DNA of 23,295 bases from Trichoplax adhaerens (Eukaryota > Animalia > Placozoa). Made by a program: the position numbers and the translations under genes. The stretch covers positions 1,784,782 to 1,808,076 of the forward strand of contig NW_002060953.1 in the NCBI RefSeq assembly GCF_000150275.1, in the 5' to 3' direction. Of the stretch, positions 21,274-23,295 are shown one piece after another (the stretch's first letter is position 1; each line of letters starts with the position of its first letter). The notes beneath the pieces were generated by a model that saw only the letters and a list, made by a program, of their open reading frames with translations, searched no databases and had not been told where the DNA came from.

Positions 21274-23074
21274 TTAAATATTTTGAACTTTATCTGCTAT
21301 CAAATTTTGATTCATAGAGCGTAACGCCGTAATTACTTCAGCAATATCTGCGTATTTGCTGCGTTTCGCTTTCCAAAATTCCAAAATTTTGTATATTTTT
21401 TCATATCGCGAACAACTTCTTCCAGAAATATCCTCAATCTCAACTGTTTCCAATCTTAAAATAGTTCCCAAACGAAATACAAATTCGTTACGAAGTTCCT
21501 TCGCAATAACGACAAAGTATTTGCCAAATGGCTCTAAAGCAATACGAAAAGGTATTAAAGCCTAACGTATTAACTTTTACATATTTATCAATATAATCAT
21601 TACGGTATTTACTTGCGTCATATAATCAGTAGCTAATGTTACTGTAGTAAAACGAATATCGCCTAAGTTTCTTTTAATCAGAATATCATCAAAAATTGTT
21701 ACATTAGTTTAATATTATCAACTAAAGTGAATAATCAATCGAAACCTCTAAACTTTTTCATTACAGTACGGGTAGAAATTATCATTTTAATTTGCAATTT
21801 TGTATGCTATAGATGCAATATAGAAAATGAACGAAAATTAATTCAGTATTCAGGAGATTAAAAGTGAAAAAGTTGAAAATAAATTATATATGCCTACCTG
21901 GATTGTTATCACTTTTACTGCTATCTATTGGATGGGTTTGTTGAACGATACGAGAGGAAATAACTAGTTAATTATAGGACGATATGTTATGACATGAAGC
22001 TCAATACATGTAAAAGAGTGATTAATACCTGTCTGATAAAAGTAAACTTAAATTAAAGTCTCTCACTTTAGTAGCTATATTCAAAAGATGATTATTACCT
22101 GCATCAGCACCGATTCGATCCTCTAAAAAGGTAAATAAAAATTGCATAAGTTAGACCCCTTAGAACATAAATGTGCTGATGATCATTGATGAACAGCTTA
22201 AAATGAACTGATCATTCTAAAAAAACACCTTAAATACGTTATATATCTAGAATTATGTGCAGGTAGTCATTTCAAATGTGTCACTTGCTATTGAATGAAT
22301 AATAAATAAAGACTAAATTTTTCTGGTAGACTAGAATGACGTCTCTAAGTATCAAATTAATGCAAATTTAATAAGTAATCATAGATACTAAATTTTACAT
22401 CCATTATATTCTATTGCAGTAAGCTATCGCCGCTTGCCATTTAGTTAAGCATTTGAGCATATAAGAAAATATATCTTATACTTTACACGAATTCTGGATT
22501 TAAATCGCTTCTCGTCAGCTGTATATCAGAATTTCTATGCAAAATTGCACGTTATAGAAGGTTTATCAAATGAATGACTAACTACGAGAAAAATTCCATA
22601 TGACAATTCATATACAGGAGCTGAATAAACTTGTATATGTAGAAATTCCGATACTATGTTTCAGCTTAAAATGGTTAGTACTTCTGTTTCGGGCTTAGCA
22701 GGTAAATTTTATTCAGCTCAGATAAACCTACCATTAACACTTGATGAGGCTTCTCCACTGTTCGAATCTATGGCTTCCATAACTTTCATTAGCTCCATCT
22801 CCAGTTCTTTACCGAGTTCCTGAATGGTTTGTACTTGACAATCCCGTAATATCTTACAAAACTGAATAATATCTTTATCCCTTCTCTTTTGCAATATTTC
22901 CATTAGTTCAAAATTTCTTTCTGATTCTACATCAATTTTACGCAAACGATTAGCATCATAGCTTGATAATATCTTCTCAGCGACTAATTCGTTAATAATT
23001 TCAATGGAAGGAGTCTCTTTGTAAAGTCTTCTTAAGTATTTTCGAAATACATTTCTCACTTTATTCGATATCAT
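21274..23074 (-). CDS. CARD-Death domain adaptor gene B (RAIDD/CRADD-like architecture), ~217 aa; exons 23074-22732, 22122-22099, 21924-21898, 21533-21274
   Basis: The CARD exon (ELVAEKILS...RNFELMEIL...IIQFCKIL) ends G|GTAGGT. Microexons EDRIGADA and DSSKSDNNP have canonical sites. The DD exon after TGCTTTAG| reads YFVVIAKEL...RLGTILRL...IYKILEFWK...VITALRSMNQNLIADKV. The exon total of 654 bp is in frame with no lesions. Confidence 0.88.
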
Positions 23075-23295
23075 GCTTGATGTCTGTATAAATTCTAAAT
23101 AAATGAAATATTAAAAGCTTTAATTAAAGGGCTAGCTTAAAGATAAAGGGCATATATATTGATCAAAATGCGATACTTTAAGAATTTACTTAGTAAATTC
23201 ACGAGTTATGATGCCGTAAAATAATTATGAAATTATTATGAGCTGTAAACTTTAACTCTATATGTCTACCAACATTTATAAATTCATACTAATTT

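Noticed and set aside
12164-23074. Assigning the gene symbol CRADD/RAIDD (or LRRK/DAPK for the Roco gene)
   Set aside because: Only the domain architecture is shared, and orthology cannot be established without a phylogeny.

Overview
AT-rich, intron-containing eukaryotic (animal) genomic DNA. The compact introns, low GC and Roco/CARD content suggest an early-branching animal such as a placozoan; this is inference only. The window is an innate-immunity/cell-death gene cluster. (1) On the + strand is the 3' part of a Roco gene: a ROC GTPase-COR-Cys4 exon, a linker exon and a C-terminal CARD split over two exons. It is disrupted by an imperfect tandem duplication and small indels. (2) On the - strand, missed by the ORF track, is a two-exon TIR (TIR_2-type) pseudogene. 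It keeps the NADase-type glutamate, and its upstream intron is homologous to an intron of the Roco gene. (3) Two tandem, highly diverged, apparently intact CARD-linker-Death-domain adaptor genes (RAIDD-like architecture) lie on the - strand. (4) Two ~550-bp solo LTRs of one family sit in inverted orientation, each with a near-perfect 5-bp TSD. (5) There are several small duplicated, possibly regulatory, modules. Nearly all domain exons are joined by phase-1 introns, which suggests exon shuffling of effector domains. All gene models were spliced by eye and lack transcript support.
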